Shown here: positions 12,701-26,334 of the stretch, piece by piece
Layout of the letters: the number at the start of each line of letters is the position of its first letter
Numbering within the stretch: the stretch's first letter is position 1
Source of the DNA: Phoronis australis
Taxonomy: Eukaryota; Animalia; Phoronida
Length of the DNA stretch: 64,000 nucleotides
NCBI GenBank assembly: GCA_002633005.1
Contig: NMRA01000297.1
Span: 338,993-402,992 of the forward strand
Direction of reading: 5' to 3'
Made by a program: the position numbers and the translations under genes
The notes under the pieces: model-generated
What the model saw: only the letters and a program-made list of their open reading frames with translations
Database searches by the model: none
Told to the model about the DNA's origin: nothing

Positions 12701-15700
12701 ATCTTTCCAACACCGTTAAGGTTATCTCAAACCTTATTTAGTGGCTTCCATTCTAACTCGTTTATCCAAAAAACTAGGCTTTGTCAACTAGTAAAAGTAT
12801 ATATTTTCTGAACAAAAACAGATCAGGTAATATAAAAATGTGTTTTGTATTGATGTACCATTATTATTATTACGTTAACACCTTTTTAAGTCAGAATTTC
12901 ATTTTTAAGAAAGGCAAAATAGAAACCTTTTTAAATGAAAACATCACAAATTACTTCAAAAACTTTGTTAGGATTTTTTGATTAGTCGTTTCGTTTGGTT
13001 TCTATGACATATCAAATCAAATCACAAAACGTAGATTTTTTGTAAAAAATAGAAGCCGAATTAGTGTTTGTTGCATTATGCAAAAACAAGGCCTTTTCTT
13101 TTGAAAATTCTTACAGGTTTTCTGAAATTTGTGATTAATTATTGAGTTTGAAAAGTTTAAGCGAATTCCACCAAGCCGTTTTCGAGAACTCGTGTTCCTA
13201 AGTTCAAATAAAGTCGATTTGCCGAAGCCGAGAAAAACCCCGCTAAACAATGACGAGTGAAAATCTCAGTCTTCGGTTAATTATTCGGTGAAAACTTGTT
13301 TTCGGCAAATATAACTTACACATGCCTAACCATGTTAACTATTTCAACATTTACTCGCAATGTCAACTGAATTTGCAGTGCGTAATTAACTTAATTATCA
13401 TTAAAACACACCGTCCTCAGCCACGACTGTTACCGTTGTGTGACATAGTCTGTGCAGATCACGCGCCGGGAAACAGATACGAAACCAAGTAAGAAAAGGA
13501 TAACTAAAACCGAGTCTGAAATGTCAATTTACTTATTAAATTAAGGAATTTGGGTTAAGACTTATCTCATTTCAGTGACAAATTGCTCTGTACATGACCA
13601 CAGAGGAGTGAGGCGACTCGTAGCATTCATTCTCAACCATCGCATGCGCGCACACAGCGTAAAATAACGGGGCTCTAGTTTTTGACTATGTGGACCTCTT
13701 ACAAACAAAAAGCGGGGGACTAAAAATTGGGTATGACGTTCAGAGCTATAAATTGTCCATTCACGTTTTTTTAGTGGATTTTTGTCTCGTTTAGTTCTCG
13801 GACTCTTTGTTTCTTTGAGGAGATTTTGTGTCGTTCCAGCCCCCTCAGAATTTAGGTTTGAGGTATCTTTACTCAAGTGTGGGGAGTACACGGGAAAATG
13901 CGGTTTGGCTGTGTACGAGGTGGTTCGTATAGTCAAGAAACACAAGAGATGAATCTTGACTAGTATATTGAAGACTGTCAACGAATGATGAGAACAACTC
14001 TCAATGCGGAGAACAAACTACTAATCAACTCATACATATGTATATGTATGAGTACTGAAGCTACTGATACTACTTAAAATATAGTGAAAGTGATATATAT
14101 AGAGACCTGAGAAACACGAATTAACCAATGAAATTAATGAACAAATAAAGGATGCACTATGCTGATGATAAACAGTTCTGGGAAAGGAAGTATTACTCAT
14201 CTTCTGCATGCGGAGAAAGTGGTAGTAAACAACAACTGTAAGTGCAGATGTAATACGGTGACTAAACTAAACAAGTAATGAACCAAAAACACAATAACAC
14301 ATTCTGCGACATCAGGAAGAGTTTAGTTTTAGTGACACTAATTTTGTGTCACGTTTCATCTGGTCAGCTCACATCAGCTCAAAGCTGTATAATTATTTTA
14401 CAGCTTTGCGCCAAGGCGAAGTGGTACCCAACCGTATTTTAACGGTAGTCTTAATATGCTGTATACTGTCGACGGATCCACGTCACCCACGGATGACAAA
14501 ACGTGGCGGGGAACCAAGAATCATTAATTTTTCTTTAAAATTAAGAATTCCACAGCTGTTTTCCAAACTAAATGTGCAGTTAGGTGATGTGTTATAAAAG
14601 TATTATACGCGGTTTGAAATCCACTGTAGAAATTCTGTAAACATGCATGTCAACATATTCGGGTACTATCTATTTGTGCGGTATTTTGTCGTATCTGTAG
14701 TGCTACGGCGTAGCGCCAAAACGCTACGTTCTTTCGGTAATTAAATCGCACTATTGCCGATGTTGATAATAAAGTTTTCAAAATTTCACTTTGGTTTTTA
14801 CGGGGAATCTATTTAGTTGAAAAAAACCTCATATGCTCGACAGGGCCAAAGGATTTACCATGGATTATAACAACATTCAAAGTTACTAAATGTAAGGGTC
14901 TCTAATAGTTAAGTAGGTACAAGCAATGCATTTTGATACTTAACCATGATTTGACTCGCTTTCGTCAATGCCGTGGTTTGTTGTTTTTAAATAAAAATTG
15001 CAGTCGGTTAGAGCAAAAATGGTTGACATGTATGCTTTATATAAAGGAATTTTTCGAATAAAGGTTAGCGTGATCACGTGCTTCGTTGAAAGAATGCTTG
15101 GCGACATATCTCGTGAGGTATTGCGTGGTCTTGCGTGTTTGGAATATTTCTAGCCATTTCACGTCTTAGATCTATTCATTCATTCCTACATCCAACTTCA
15201 CAGTATAAATTCGACGGCATATTGGTTTAAGTCCATATAGTCGTCTCACTTGATTGAGTTCAAACAAACATTTATAATTTTGTCGTCAATCTTTTGTATT
15301 CCGCTATCTTTCCTGAATGATTACTTTGTTGAGCACTCCCTAAAAATAATTTCCTGTGGCATTGTAAATCACATTTTGCTCTCTCGTGCAGTATACGGCC
15401 ACGCTCGTCAATATACGCTTGCACAACGCGCGAAAATAACGATGCCCTTTGACAGAGAATTTGTTCACCTACTGCTGTGACCGCAATATTAAGCTATGAG
15501 GTGAGTTTGAAACTTTCACATAGTCCTGGATAGCGAAAAAGGTTAAATTGTATTATGCAAGGTGGTTCTCTGCCACTGCAACCGAATTCAACCTGTTCAC
15601 CGGATTTTTTACATTTTTTGTAAACATCTTGAGTTTCTGTTGATGTCAAAGCATTTTCTTGTAGTTACAAATTTCAGAAATGTTATATCAAATGCTCATC

Positions 15701-15894
15701 ACTGTTCCGCTTCCACAAGACAAATCACGTCTCCTTATTTGGTATAGTAAGACTTAGCCTTGGTACAAAGCTGTACACTAAATATACAGCTTTGCGCCGA
15801 CGTGGGTAAAACGTGGTAAAATAAAATCTGACAAAAAATAGTGTAACTAATAACTACAGTCTTCCTTGAGTAAACTAAATTATCTATCAGTGTT

Positions 15895-16485
15895 GGAAAA
15901 AATGGCGTTCTACCGTTATTCTGCAGCTAAATTTGTGAAGCGATCTTTAGCGACGGCTTTCGGCGCAATGAAATATTGTGTCACCTATTGGCCAGTTTCT
16001 TTTTTCGCCAATTCTTCAATCAACTGTTGTTCTTTCACGAGGTTGTATACACGTCAAAACAGATTATCGGAACTGGTTTCACTTCATTATAAGTTTTTAG
16101 AATTTTGATACCGAAAAACCGAAGTTCAGAAGAAATTTTGCTGCTGCCAAGCTATCACCATCTCCCGAGAGATGTTACAAAGATTTAGGAAATGGCGCGT
16201 GCGCGTGACACGAGCGTACTGATTTCAAAACGACGACATACTTTTCATTGTTAGAAAAGACTTAGAGTTACGCAAGAAAATGACGTTTATTGCATTGTTT
16301 TTCATTTAAACGGCTGTAACGGGCAAGGTGAGTGTCGGTTGTTTCCCAGATTTTGCATGCACTCCATCCTGTCTTAAGCTTTACATGTTGATACAGGTTT
16401 CACAGCGAGGTGACGAGCAGAACTACCCTGGCTGTGTGCAATTTCGCGGTCTACAGAAGAAATACACTTAGCTGTATTTTGACGA
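15895..16485 (-). repeat. Dispersed repeat, copy 2 (inverted partner of 12118-12700)
   Basis: Collinear reverse-complement similarity with many substitutions. Confidence 0.8.
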
Positions 16486-16831
16486 CTGTCTTCATATAGC
16501 TAGCTGGCTTAGTACATGTAAGACGTAGACATAGCCGATACTCAGCTGTTAAACAAAACTGAAGTTTCATTGGAAAGTTATTCACCACTTGGTGAAATGG
16601 ATGTAAACCCAAAGAATGGGAGGAAAATTTTTGTTCAGTTTTTTAGTAAAAACCATGTAGGAGCCATGGGCTTTAAACACACGGGATAGTCCGATATGAT
16701 ACGTTTATTCACAAACTTAGTTAACGTTGAATGCATACTGTCAATCCGACAAGGCCGGTTTCACTGAAAAGATATAATGGAATAATAAGTCTCGGGAAAT
16801 ACGTTCACGTTACAATACAATAAAGATGCAT

Positions 16832-16966
16832 ATAGATTATTACATGGCGAAGTCGTTATCCCCCATATTCTAGACCCCGAGTGGATTTTGGTGAATTATA
16901 ATTCTCCAAAATCCACTAGGGCTCTAGATAAGGGGGATAACGACTGAGAACATTTAATAATCTATT
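16832..16966. repeat. Near-perfect palindrome, probably a MITE- or Crypton-type non-autonomous element part
   Basis: AGTCGTTATCCCCC..TCTAGA..GTGGATTTTGG-GAATTATAATTC-CCAAAATCCAC..TCTAGA..GGGGGATAACGACT (16851-16945), with outer arms ATAGATTATT/AATAATCTAT. Confidence 0.7.
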
Positions 16967-17480
16967 TATACCACATACTGAACGAGAAATGCTGCAATGA
17001 ATCGATCTACCTTCCTCGACTCGCCTCGACTTTGTAACTACTTTCTATGTCAGAGGCCCGGGGAGGAAGGTCGTGACCTTTTAAGAAAACCGAGCTATTT
17101 TTGTTAAATAATGCTTTTAATCAAAACCAATTGAAAATTTAAACAAAACAAATAATTAAAAGTGAATCTATAAATTAAGGTTTAACAACTATTTTAGCTT
17201 ACTACACGTTTTATCACGCTAAGCTCCGAACGTGAAAATATTATCTGCTAAAGTACATGTAGGATACAACTGGTAACTGAGTATAATGCTCAAGTCAAAG
17301 GACACTACACCCGCATTCAAATTGGAGATCGGTGATTTACAAGTGAAAGAACGTCAGAGAAAAAATTCACTGAATATTGTTTATATGGAAAATGTGAGTC
17401 TTATTTTTCAATGCCCTTTGTTGAACATGCGATTGTTGCGCGTGCTCATTTAAGTATTTTGTTTTCACTTTGATGACGTC

Positions 17481-17560
17481 GGCTGCTGAGTGGTGCAGTG
17501 GTTAAGTCGACGACCCGAAACTCTTGTGGCCCGGGCTCGAAACTGGCCTTGGTTCCCGCC
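17481..17560 (+). mobile_element. Possible tRNA-derived SINE head
   Basis: A-box-like TGGTGCAGTGG (17491) and B-box-like GGCTCGAAAC (about 17535) at Pol III spacing. No clean cloverleaf. Confidence 0.35.
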
Positions 17561-17999
17561 GAAGAGTTATAAACTGAATGGATTATTACACTGTTGTATT
17601 GGCCATTCGAGGCTAATATTGTGGTATAAACAGTCATACAGTATGTGCAAAACAGTGTACAATACGAGAAACAGCCAGTAGTATGAAAAAACAAAAACTT
17701 TCAATAATATTGGCTCTAGGCTCCTCGAAGAAAAAACATCGTTAGTGTTAAAGTAGTGGTACAAGATAAGAAGGCGCGATAGTATAGGAACGTCGGTTAT
17801 ATAAGAGGCTTGAGCCAATTTACACATGTAACATTACGCAACCTTACGCACTACGAAATAAAATAGTACATCAACAAACCAAATCATTATCCCCTTGACT
17901 CCTTTAAAAAACCTCAAACGGTCTTACCTGCTATATTTATCCTCATTTCATCTTCATATAACAACAACGAATCAAATCATCAGCCATCCTCTACCCTAA

Positions 18000-18270
18000 G
18001 TTTTTGACCTAGTGACGTCATGTATTGACCCGATTGCAGCCAAAGGGTCCCATGAACGCTTTAGTACATGAGTTCACCGGTAGGTTAAAAACAGCAAATG
18101 ATGGAGACACAAGTGAAAAGTAAAAAATCGAATCTTCGAGTGAAGAAGTTCTTTCGAAGGGCTTGATTTCCGATCAGTTATATTCGCTGTATTATTTCTT
18201 GAGATAAATGTGTTCGTGCAATCGCAATTTCGACGCGTGCGAGTTAATGTTGGACGAGCAATTCGAGTCA
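18000..18270 (+). repeat. Dispersed repeat shared with about 24490-24775 (and partly 24150-24250)
   Basis: TGACGTCATG...AAAAAATCGAAT...AATTTCGACG...CAATTCGAGTC occurs collinearly at both sites. Confidence 0.65.
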
Positions 18271-21200
18271 CTTTCAATCACAGGCGCTTGGATTTCCAGA
18301 GCACTCATAACCATATGTAAGAAACATAAAGGTTGGACACTAAAACTTTGCCAAGCCGAGGCTCCCAACTTCAACTGTCCAAAATCCAAATAAAATCGTG
18401 CACCTCCCTCAGTCTGGTATTGCATAAACCTTCGAAGCTTTATCTTTCCTAGATCCCCATAACTGTCTCCGTGAGTGACGAATTGGCGATGGAATTTCCA
18501 AAATAATCTCAAAACTCGGAATTCAAGGACCTAAATTGCTAAACATGGCGGATTTCAGTTGTGCTTCAACTTGTACGCCTGTCGTAGGTGAAACTTCGAG
18601 TTTGAGCAAGCAACCTATATTTCAAATCCAATAATTTTAATCCAAAACTCAACTAATTGAGAATGTTAAAGTTAGTGTTTTAATGATCATTTGTAACTTT
18701 ATTCCATCCACTGAAGGCTCATTTTAGCCCTTAACTTAGAATTTTATTGCATAAACTGGCGTATCTTGTTTCTCATCTTGACATCACGCACTTTTTTGAT
18801 TGAAGCACAACACACACTCGGCCAGGAAAAGCAGTCCGTGCAAGTATTACAATGCGCGTGGCCGACGAGTTAACTCAGTGGTTTTGGCCAAAGGTAAAAC
18901 CTTCATAAGAAATCACAGTACACAAAAAAACTTCGCATATCAATACAGTATCAGGATAATTTATATTTGACACAAATATCTGAGTAGTTACATTTGTTTG
19001 GCAATGATATTTTTAAAGTGCTCTCTGCTTCTCATGACCAAGTAGTCGAGGGATTGACGGCGCGCGAAAATAGACTTTCGGATTTAGCTCGGGAACGTCC
19101 TTCAAAAACGCGGATGTGCGAAGACCGTCTGCCATGACATCAAAGAATAAGTTCCTTGAATTTGTGATTTTGGCATTCTTTTGGCATTTTTGTCGCCAAA
19201 TCACCACTCGAAAGCAATTTGAAGAGAGGTATTCTAAGAGTTGTTCGGTGCTAGTTTCGTGGAGTTCCATGCACATTAGAGAAGAAAATTTTGAGGAAAC
19301 AGATTTCGGGTGTCCAACATTTATGTTTTCTTACATATAGTAGTGAGTGACGTCATTTGCGATCGAGGAACAGATAAACCCAAGCGCCTGTGCTTTCAAT
19401 GTGCGGACTTTCAACCCAACTTTAAGTGTTGTTTTACCGACTAAACATAGTCGTAGCAAATTTCCATAACATGGATAACGTGACCTTTAAAAATGCAATG
19501 GCGACTTCAAGCAGCAGCAATAGGGCCGTCCCGCATTACACAGCGACACTCAAATCTCGCTGTATTTACCCACAATGCCATAAACATTCGTCAGCCACAT
19601 TTGCTGCCTCGCTTTTGTGCCACCATAGATTATAGACAACAGATTCGCAACTCCGACATTTTCTTGCTGTACTATCGTAAAGGAGGTGCCAATCTCCTAA
19701 ACTAGCAGTTTCAGTTTCCGGTTATTGTTTGCTGACAGGAAATTATCGTATCTATTTTACTGGCCACTGCAACGAAAAAAAGTAATACTTTCGGCATTTA
19801 AACGCTGTTGAAAGTCTTCCAATAATAGAACCGTCGATATGGTAAGCACTTTTGGCACCCGACCACACAACAGACGACCATGATTATCGGACGACGCTTT
19901 TGTCGGAAGGAAAACTTGCTAATTTTGCCAGGTGTCGCTAGTGAATAATGACGTCACGACTTATGCGTAAGATCACAAATTCCATCCATTGAAATTATAC
20001 GGAGTTGGCGGTCCATGTACTACTGTCTATGGTGTCATTGAAGTTTCACATGTTATATTGCTATTGTCTGATTTTTAGAAGTTTTTCTCTGTCGGAATAC
20101 TCTATTAGTCCTTCCAATGCCAACGAAGTATCACTGCTCTTCTGTGGGTTGCAATTCCGACGTGAGAATCTTTGATGAATTGGACAAATACCCATGGATG
20201 CGTGATCTGAGTTCTTTGGCTTCCTGACAACGATGAGAGAATGAGAGACGAAAACGTGCCTGATTTCCGAAACGGGGTCATGCTTTTCTAATCTCCGGGA
20301 CGAACTAGAATTCTATCACCTTGTATTCCGGAACGGCCCTATTGATTTAAGTCCTAATATTTTAAAATTAGCCATAGCGTATCCTAGTAGTCAGTTATAT
20401 TCTAAAATGCTTTTGGAATTCTGTTGTTTCACTGGCTTGCCTCATATTGGGCTGTAGATCCCAGGTTCGGACTGAGTCGGCACATAATAATCTTCAATCC
20501 GTTTATATCCATCTTATCAGACAGGTTTTTCTCGAATGAAGAGAGCTTGCGAACATTTACAATCTATCATAAGTGTGAGGATGATTAGAGACTGTGCAGT
20601 TACGACAGTGTTTTGCATTTTCGCTTATTTCAAAAATCATGAATTTCATGGAAATTCTCTCACATGGGAAAGAGAAGAACTCTTGTAGGTGAGGTTAGGA
20701 TATGACACTTTCGCCAGAAATTGTTTACAAGAGAGTTTTCTTTAAAACAACGCGACCAGTCTTAAGCTTGTAGGAAAACTCGGTGTTTTGGTAATATCCA
20801 GTCCCCAAGTTAAATGTGCCAGCAGGGTTAATATTCAGAGCATGAAGCCTAATTCTAAAATTAAAAGGAAGTAAATCACAAAAAGAAGATAGTGAATGTC
20901 AAATGAGAAAACAAGGATTCGTGAAATTCATAACAAATTATCGGAGTTAATCTCACTATGGTTACGAGTTTTTATTAATCCAATGATGTTACTGGCAAAC
21001 CGAATGTTAGTCCAAAATTTATTTCGCCGAAGTGGCCATCGTCTCCTGGAAGCGATCGAATTGTTTTAAACTTGCACATACGCGTGTCACAAGCGTGTCA
21101 TCGTTAATTAATGAGAGACCGTTCTTATTACAAAAAAACGGAGAATAACCCAAGAAAATGACATTCGTCAGGCATTTTACTATTTTAACGCTAGAAATGG

Positions 21201-22191
21201 TCAAGGTGAGTGCCGATTGGCAAGCACACCCATCGGTCGTTAGGTGTAAATGTTGATGTAAATTTCATGAGCTGTCGCAAGGTCGTGTAGCATCTCTAGG
21301 TGTACGCAGTTGGTAAACCAAAAACAGGTTAGGAAGTCCGTAAAATTTAATACCACTCTCGAATTCCAGCAGCACACGTTGAAATTACAATTGCATGGTT
21401 ACATAATATGGCGAATATAACTGCTTGCAAATCAAGCCTTCAAAGGACATCATTGACATGGAGTTTCGATGTTTTAATGGTCGGCGTCACTTATCCATTG
21501 TCATTTTCCCAGTCGCGAACTGAGGAACTAAGTAATTCATTTGGATTTATTGGCTGCCATTACCTCAAAAACTGAGCGTACAATCGGTGGAAAACGACTT
21601 AATTTGTCGTTAGAAAAAAGTGAAAAGAGGCGAAATATGACTAGGTATGAACGTGTAAAGTTCTTTAAAAATGTTAAGTATATTCCATATCCATTTCACT
21701 TATTGGTGAGAAACATTTCGATGGCCCTTCAGCTCTGAGCTAAGTATTGCCTAGTTTCAATACAGCTTTCTGCTTGGTTACATGGCTAATAGCCAACTAG
21801 CTAGCTGCATTAAAATTACGTCAAAATACAACTCGGATCCACGTATGTTACCTTCAAATAGGCACAACCACACCCTTAGCCAATATTCAGCTCAAAAACA
21901 GCAGAAGGACCATCGACACGTTTTCACATATTCGTGAAAGGGAACTTAATGAAAATCAGGAGAATTGGGGGAATATACTTGTTTGAGTGAACTAGCTGGC
22001 CTACTGAAGTAATCAAAATTATTTAGAATATTTATAGAACCGTAAACGGCCTTGCCCGGTTATCATTCACGTCTTCTAACCTTTCTGTAATCACGACAAA
22101 TCAAATCGTATGACATTTTCACTTTCAGTTTTTGATCTTTGTAATAAAGTCATGTTGAGACCGCTAAATGAATGAATAAATGAATGCTTAA

Positions 22192-24146
22192 AGGAGTATG
22201 CCACCCGATTTAATTGGTATTTTTACCGTCATAATCAGTCTATATCCACGTCACCTCCTATGCGGTCGACCTTACCTCGCCAAGAGGCGTCACGGTAACT
22301 CGCAAGGAAGGTGAGAAATGACACAGCGACGTCAGTGGCTCTTCTGCAGAGTGAGTGCCGCTATGCCCTCTTGTGCGAACTATGAATAAGTGAGGAATGC
22401 GGGTATATCGTTTTTTCGATCTCCTCAAGAGCCCACAATACTTCGGAAGTGGTTCGCGGTAGTGAAGAATGAAATGTACGCCGTTAATACCAAGTATGAG
22501 GCAGTGAAACTTCTTCGTGTCTGTCAGTGGACTGCATTTCGTCAGATCGGTTGTTGATCGGTTTTTGAGAATTGGAGAATTGTAGTTGGCCATGAAAATA
22601 TTGGCAGTTACAATTAATTCAAGGCGTGAGAACATAACGTTTTATATAACCAGTTTGATGACTGAGTCGCTCATGCGGCTTCTGTTTGGTCCTCTGGGTG
22701 TAGGATGTTTTCGTCAGCCAGTTTTATTGCTCAGCCTTAAAAAACGTCATAAGCACAATTCTGTTTAAATGCGGCGCAAACTCAGGATGCGCCTCTCTAA
22801 GAAGGCGTTTCACTTGCGGAATTTCGTGGCAGCTAACGCGCAAGCGTCAGTCGTTTCTATTATCGTGGACTTACAGATAGCTCACTGACACCATGACAAG
22901 TCATTCAAACGATTTTCAGAACTATCTATATGTTCCGTTGTCTGTGCACGTTCACGGAGCCTCTCTCTTATTTCTTGATCAGTGTATTTCGGTTCGATTT
23001 GATAGCCTGTGAAACCTAACGATCAACCTGTGAAGTCTTCGTCGGATAAGCACTCGTCTAAGTCGGGATTGCGAGTTGACGTTTATTGTGCGTTCTGCAG
23101 TTCAAAATGAATTATTTTCACCCTAACTAATGCTTATATAAAATTGAAACAAGGTCTGTCTCATTAGATACAATTTGTAATGCATTGGATTGTTCGAGAG
23201 TGCAAATGTTTGGAGAAGCCAGCAATGAATAAATCACTGCGTTACCAGCTTTAGATGCAATGAACTCATTGACCGGGTACCGAGGCCGTGTTAGCGTATA
23301 GTATGCTAAATCAGTGTCTGCTGACAGAAAGCTGTTGTGAAACAGAATAATCTTATCTTATATCCTCTGGTCAGATGTTAGGAGAATCTTCATTTAGATA
23401 TTCATAATAATTATACATTATTCAAATCATTGTTACGTTTAACTTTTGCCATGACTGCTCTGTGGAAGGGTCACCAACTTCGCGACACCCGACCAGCTAG
23501 TAAGTAAATTTGCAGTTTCGCGGCTAATTCACCAAAATAATCACATACACATTTGTTCTTTGGCTCAGTAATATAGTCTAGCTGAGTTTCCAACTTTGGC
23601 TGGTTTATGTTCGTGATGCCTTCAGTCCGGCCGCGACGGGCCTGATCGGGTTCCGAGCCACTGACCGGGATAGCAAGCGTTTTGTGTGTTTAGAACTGAA
23701 AAATGCGTTTAAAATTACATCACAGAGATAATTTCTCTTGTCTGTATTTCACGGACGAATAATTTGAATTTATCACCAAACAAACCTCAAACTACGCGAC
23801 CGACCTACCGAACTCTGTTGGCTACGATATGTTCAAATGCCTAAAATCCGTAACAGCGAAATAAAATAACACGTTTGTTCAATAACTCGGTGTATTTGTA
23901 AGGGCTTTACATCGAATTCTGATGATTTATTGGAGTAAAACGATGAATTCAAACGGTAAGCTGACACCAATAAGCGTGTTGTGAACTGCTGAACAGACTG
24001 CATTCGAACCTCTGACGTCATTGTTTAAAACCGACACATCCGTCTGCCTTCAAGTGTCATTTAAAAGAACTGTACTTGCTGTTATCGAGTGCAACTACTC
24101 GATCTAAATGGATACAAACTAACGTGTTTTTGGGTGACATACTCCT
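22192..24146. mobile_element. Non-autonomous Kolobok-like DNA transposon, copy 1
   Basis: TTAA at 22188-22191 and 24147-24150; TIRs AGGAGTATGCCACCC / GGGTGACATACTCCT; collinear with 41211-42865. Minus-strand remnant GYQIEPKYT...ENRLNDLSWC resembles KolX / P2X7-ballast-like protein. Confidence 0.85.
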
Positions 24147-25581
24147 TTAAGTTCACGAGTTCACCGCTACGTAAAAATAAAAATGGCGGAGTGACAAGCG
24201 ACTAGCAAAAAGGCGAGTGTTGGTGTGAATAAGTTCTTTCGAAGGGCATGGTGTCCTAGCCAATACTCAACTCTGAAACGGTCAGCTGGAGGGCCATCGA
24301 AAAGTTTGTTTTAACAAAGTTGTGATATGGATAAAAATCAAAAAATGGGAGAAAACACTTGTTGATTGCCTAGTTCAAATCAAAGTGAATTCCGTTGACA
24401 TGTGTAGGGAACCGTACATGTTCTTACCGGTTATATTTCGACTCCTTTTACCTTTCTGTAACAGCTACAAATTAAATTGCCTGTCATCTTCTGCTCTCAG
24501 GTTTTGACTTAATGACGTCATGAAGTGACCTGAATGGCAGCCAATGAGCTAAGTGAATGTTTTAGTTCACGAGCTTAACGCTAGGTAAAAAGGAAAATGA
24601 CGCAGTGACAAGCAAATAGTAAAAAAATCGAATTTTCGATTGGAATACATGTAAGTTCTCTCGAATGACATGATTTCTGAGTAGTTACATTCGTTGCGTT
24701 ATTTCTATGGATAAATAGGTTCACGCGATGGTAATTTCGACGTGCAAGTTTATTTTTGGTGTTCAATTCGAGTCTAATATGTATGAAGCTAAATTTTAAA
24801 GTTTCAAGGTATGGATTTTTAACCCCGTTTTAGGGTGGTTTACTGACTATTTACAGACTTGTATCAAAACACAACATGTGAATTAATATAGATCTTGAAA
24901 GATCACACCATCCTGGTAGTTTTGCTCGTCAGGACTGGACTAGTTGCATACACAACGGTGTCTCTATACAAACCCTAAAACTGTTTTAATTGAGTTTTAC
25001 ACTGACGTGACCAAGAACTGCCCTACTGTTATTTGTGAAAAAGTCTGAGAACTATTTAAGATAATGACATGTAGTAAATCCTTGTTTTGCTAAAACGACT
25101 GTAACGTGCAAGGTTAGTGTCGTTTAACTCTCAGATTTTGGATGAACAAGTCTCGGTCTCTAGCTCTACATGTTGATATTAGTTTCCCGAAGAGTTTGTC
25201 AGCAAAACAACCCGGGCGGTGAGAAATTTCGAGTTCTAGTGTAGCTTGACACTCAGAGGCACTAGTAGCATTTTGACGATAGTTTCCATACAGCTCGCTG
25301 GCTGGCTAAAAGTCAGTTTACATGTACACTCACTTTACAAGTGAAACACAAGCCGTTCAAGTGAAAAACAATTTAATGAGCGCCATTTTCTTGCATTATT
25401 CTTCAGCTCTTGTAGGAAAGAAAAGTTTGTCGTGCACCTGCAAGTAGCGCACTGGCGTCATGCAGGCGTGCTGTTTTCTTGATTTGTGCGGCATCTTTCG
25501 GAAATTCATACCAAGTTCACCGTTCGATACAAGTGATAGATATAATTAAGCTGTTCACGTATTTAGAGTATTTGCAATGTC

Positions 25582-26334
25582 AGTAGTATAGTAAGTCATT
25601 TAAGCGCTCTGTTTGTGAGGCTCCTCGGTCAAAGGTCATATGTCAAAGACCAAAGGTCACAAAGGTCAAGTGTGGCGAGTGCAACCGGAAGGTTCGTCAT
25701 CTTCTTACTGGAAGGAAGTGTCAATTACATCACACCTCATTACGTAATAGGTTTAATTGAACCCGTTAAAGAGGCTCCTCGATTCAATGTCAAGGTTATG
25801 CTTGTAACCGGAAGCGGTCTGTAAACCGAAAGCTCGACTTGGAAATCACGTGACTGCTGACGTGATCAGTCAGGTTATGGCGTGGCCCCGTTCATCACCC
25901 GGATGTTCTGACCCTAAAAAGACGTTGTTTGTTCAACGGATAGAGAGCCGAAACAAAATAGGGATTACCGTGCTGAATAAAAACGAAAGGTGGATTACCT
26001 TATTTCGCGTGCGGCAGGTGTCGTAGTTGTAGTATTCGTTTGGTTCTCTCTCCTTTCTCAACAACAAAAAATGTACACTCTCATCTCTCAACAACAGATG
26101 TCGAGTATAGCTATCCCAGGTACCAACGGTATTAAATTAACGATACTAGTAATAAGACCCTTTGATATTCCTCGCTTGTCGGTTTCATTTCTTGGCCGTA
26201 CTAATCCTGGTACCGTCTTAGTCTTTACAGCTAAAATGCGATTGACCGTAGTCCGCCCCACGTAATACGTTTTAGAGCAAAGCGCGATGCAATAGTCCCC
26301 TTCAAATTCCAACTTCAATGAAGCGGCGTGAGCG
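25582..26334 (+). repeat. Polinton left terminal inverted repeat
   Basis: 25582 to about 26158 matches the reverse complement of about 34027-34563; about 26158-26334 matches the reverse complement of about 33575-33718. Confidence 0.9.

Noticed and set aside
17481-17560. Functional tRNA gene
   Set aside because: No convincing acceptor or anticodon stems; at most a SINE head.
22192-24146. piggyBac assignment for the TTAA-flanked elements
   Set aside because: Termini are AGG...CCT rather than the piggyBac CCY...RGG, which fits Kolobok.
25615-26265. Short ORFs in the TIRs mirrored at 33895-34561
   Set aside because: The similarity comes from the inverted repeat; frames are not conserved between copies.
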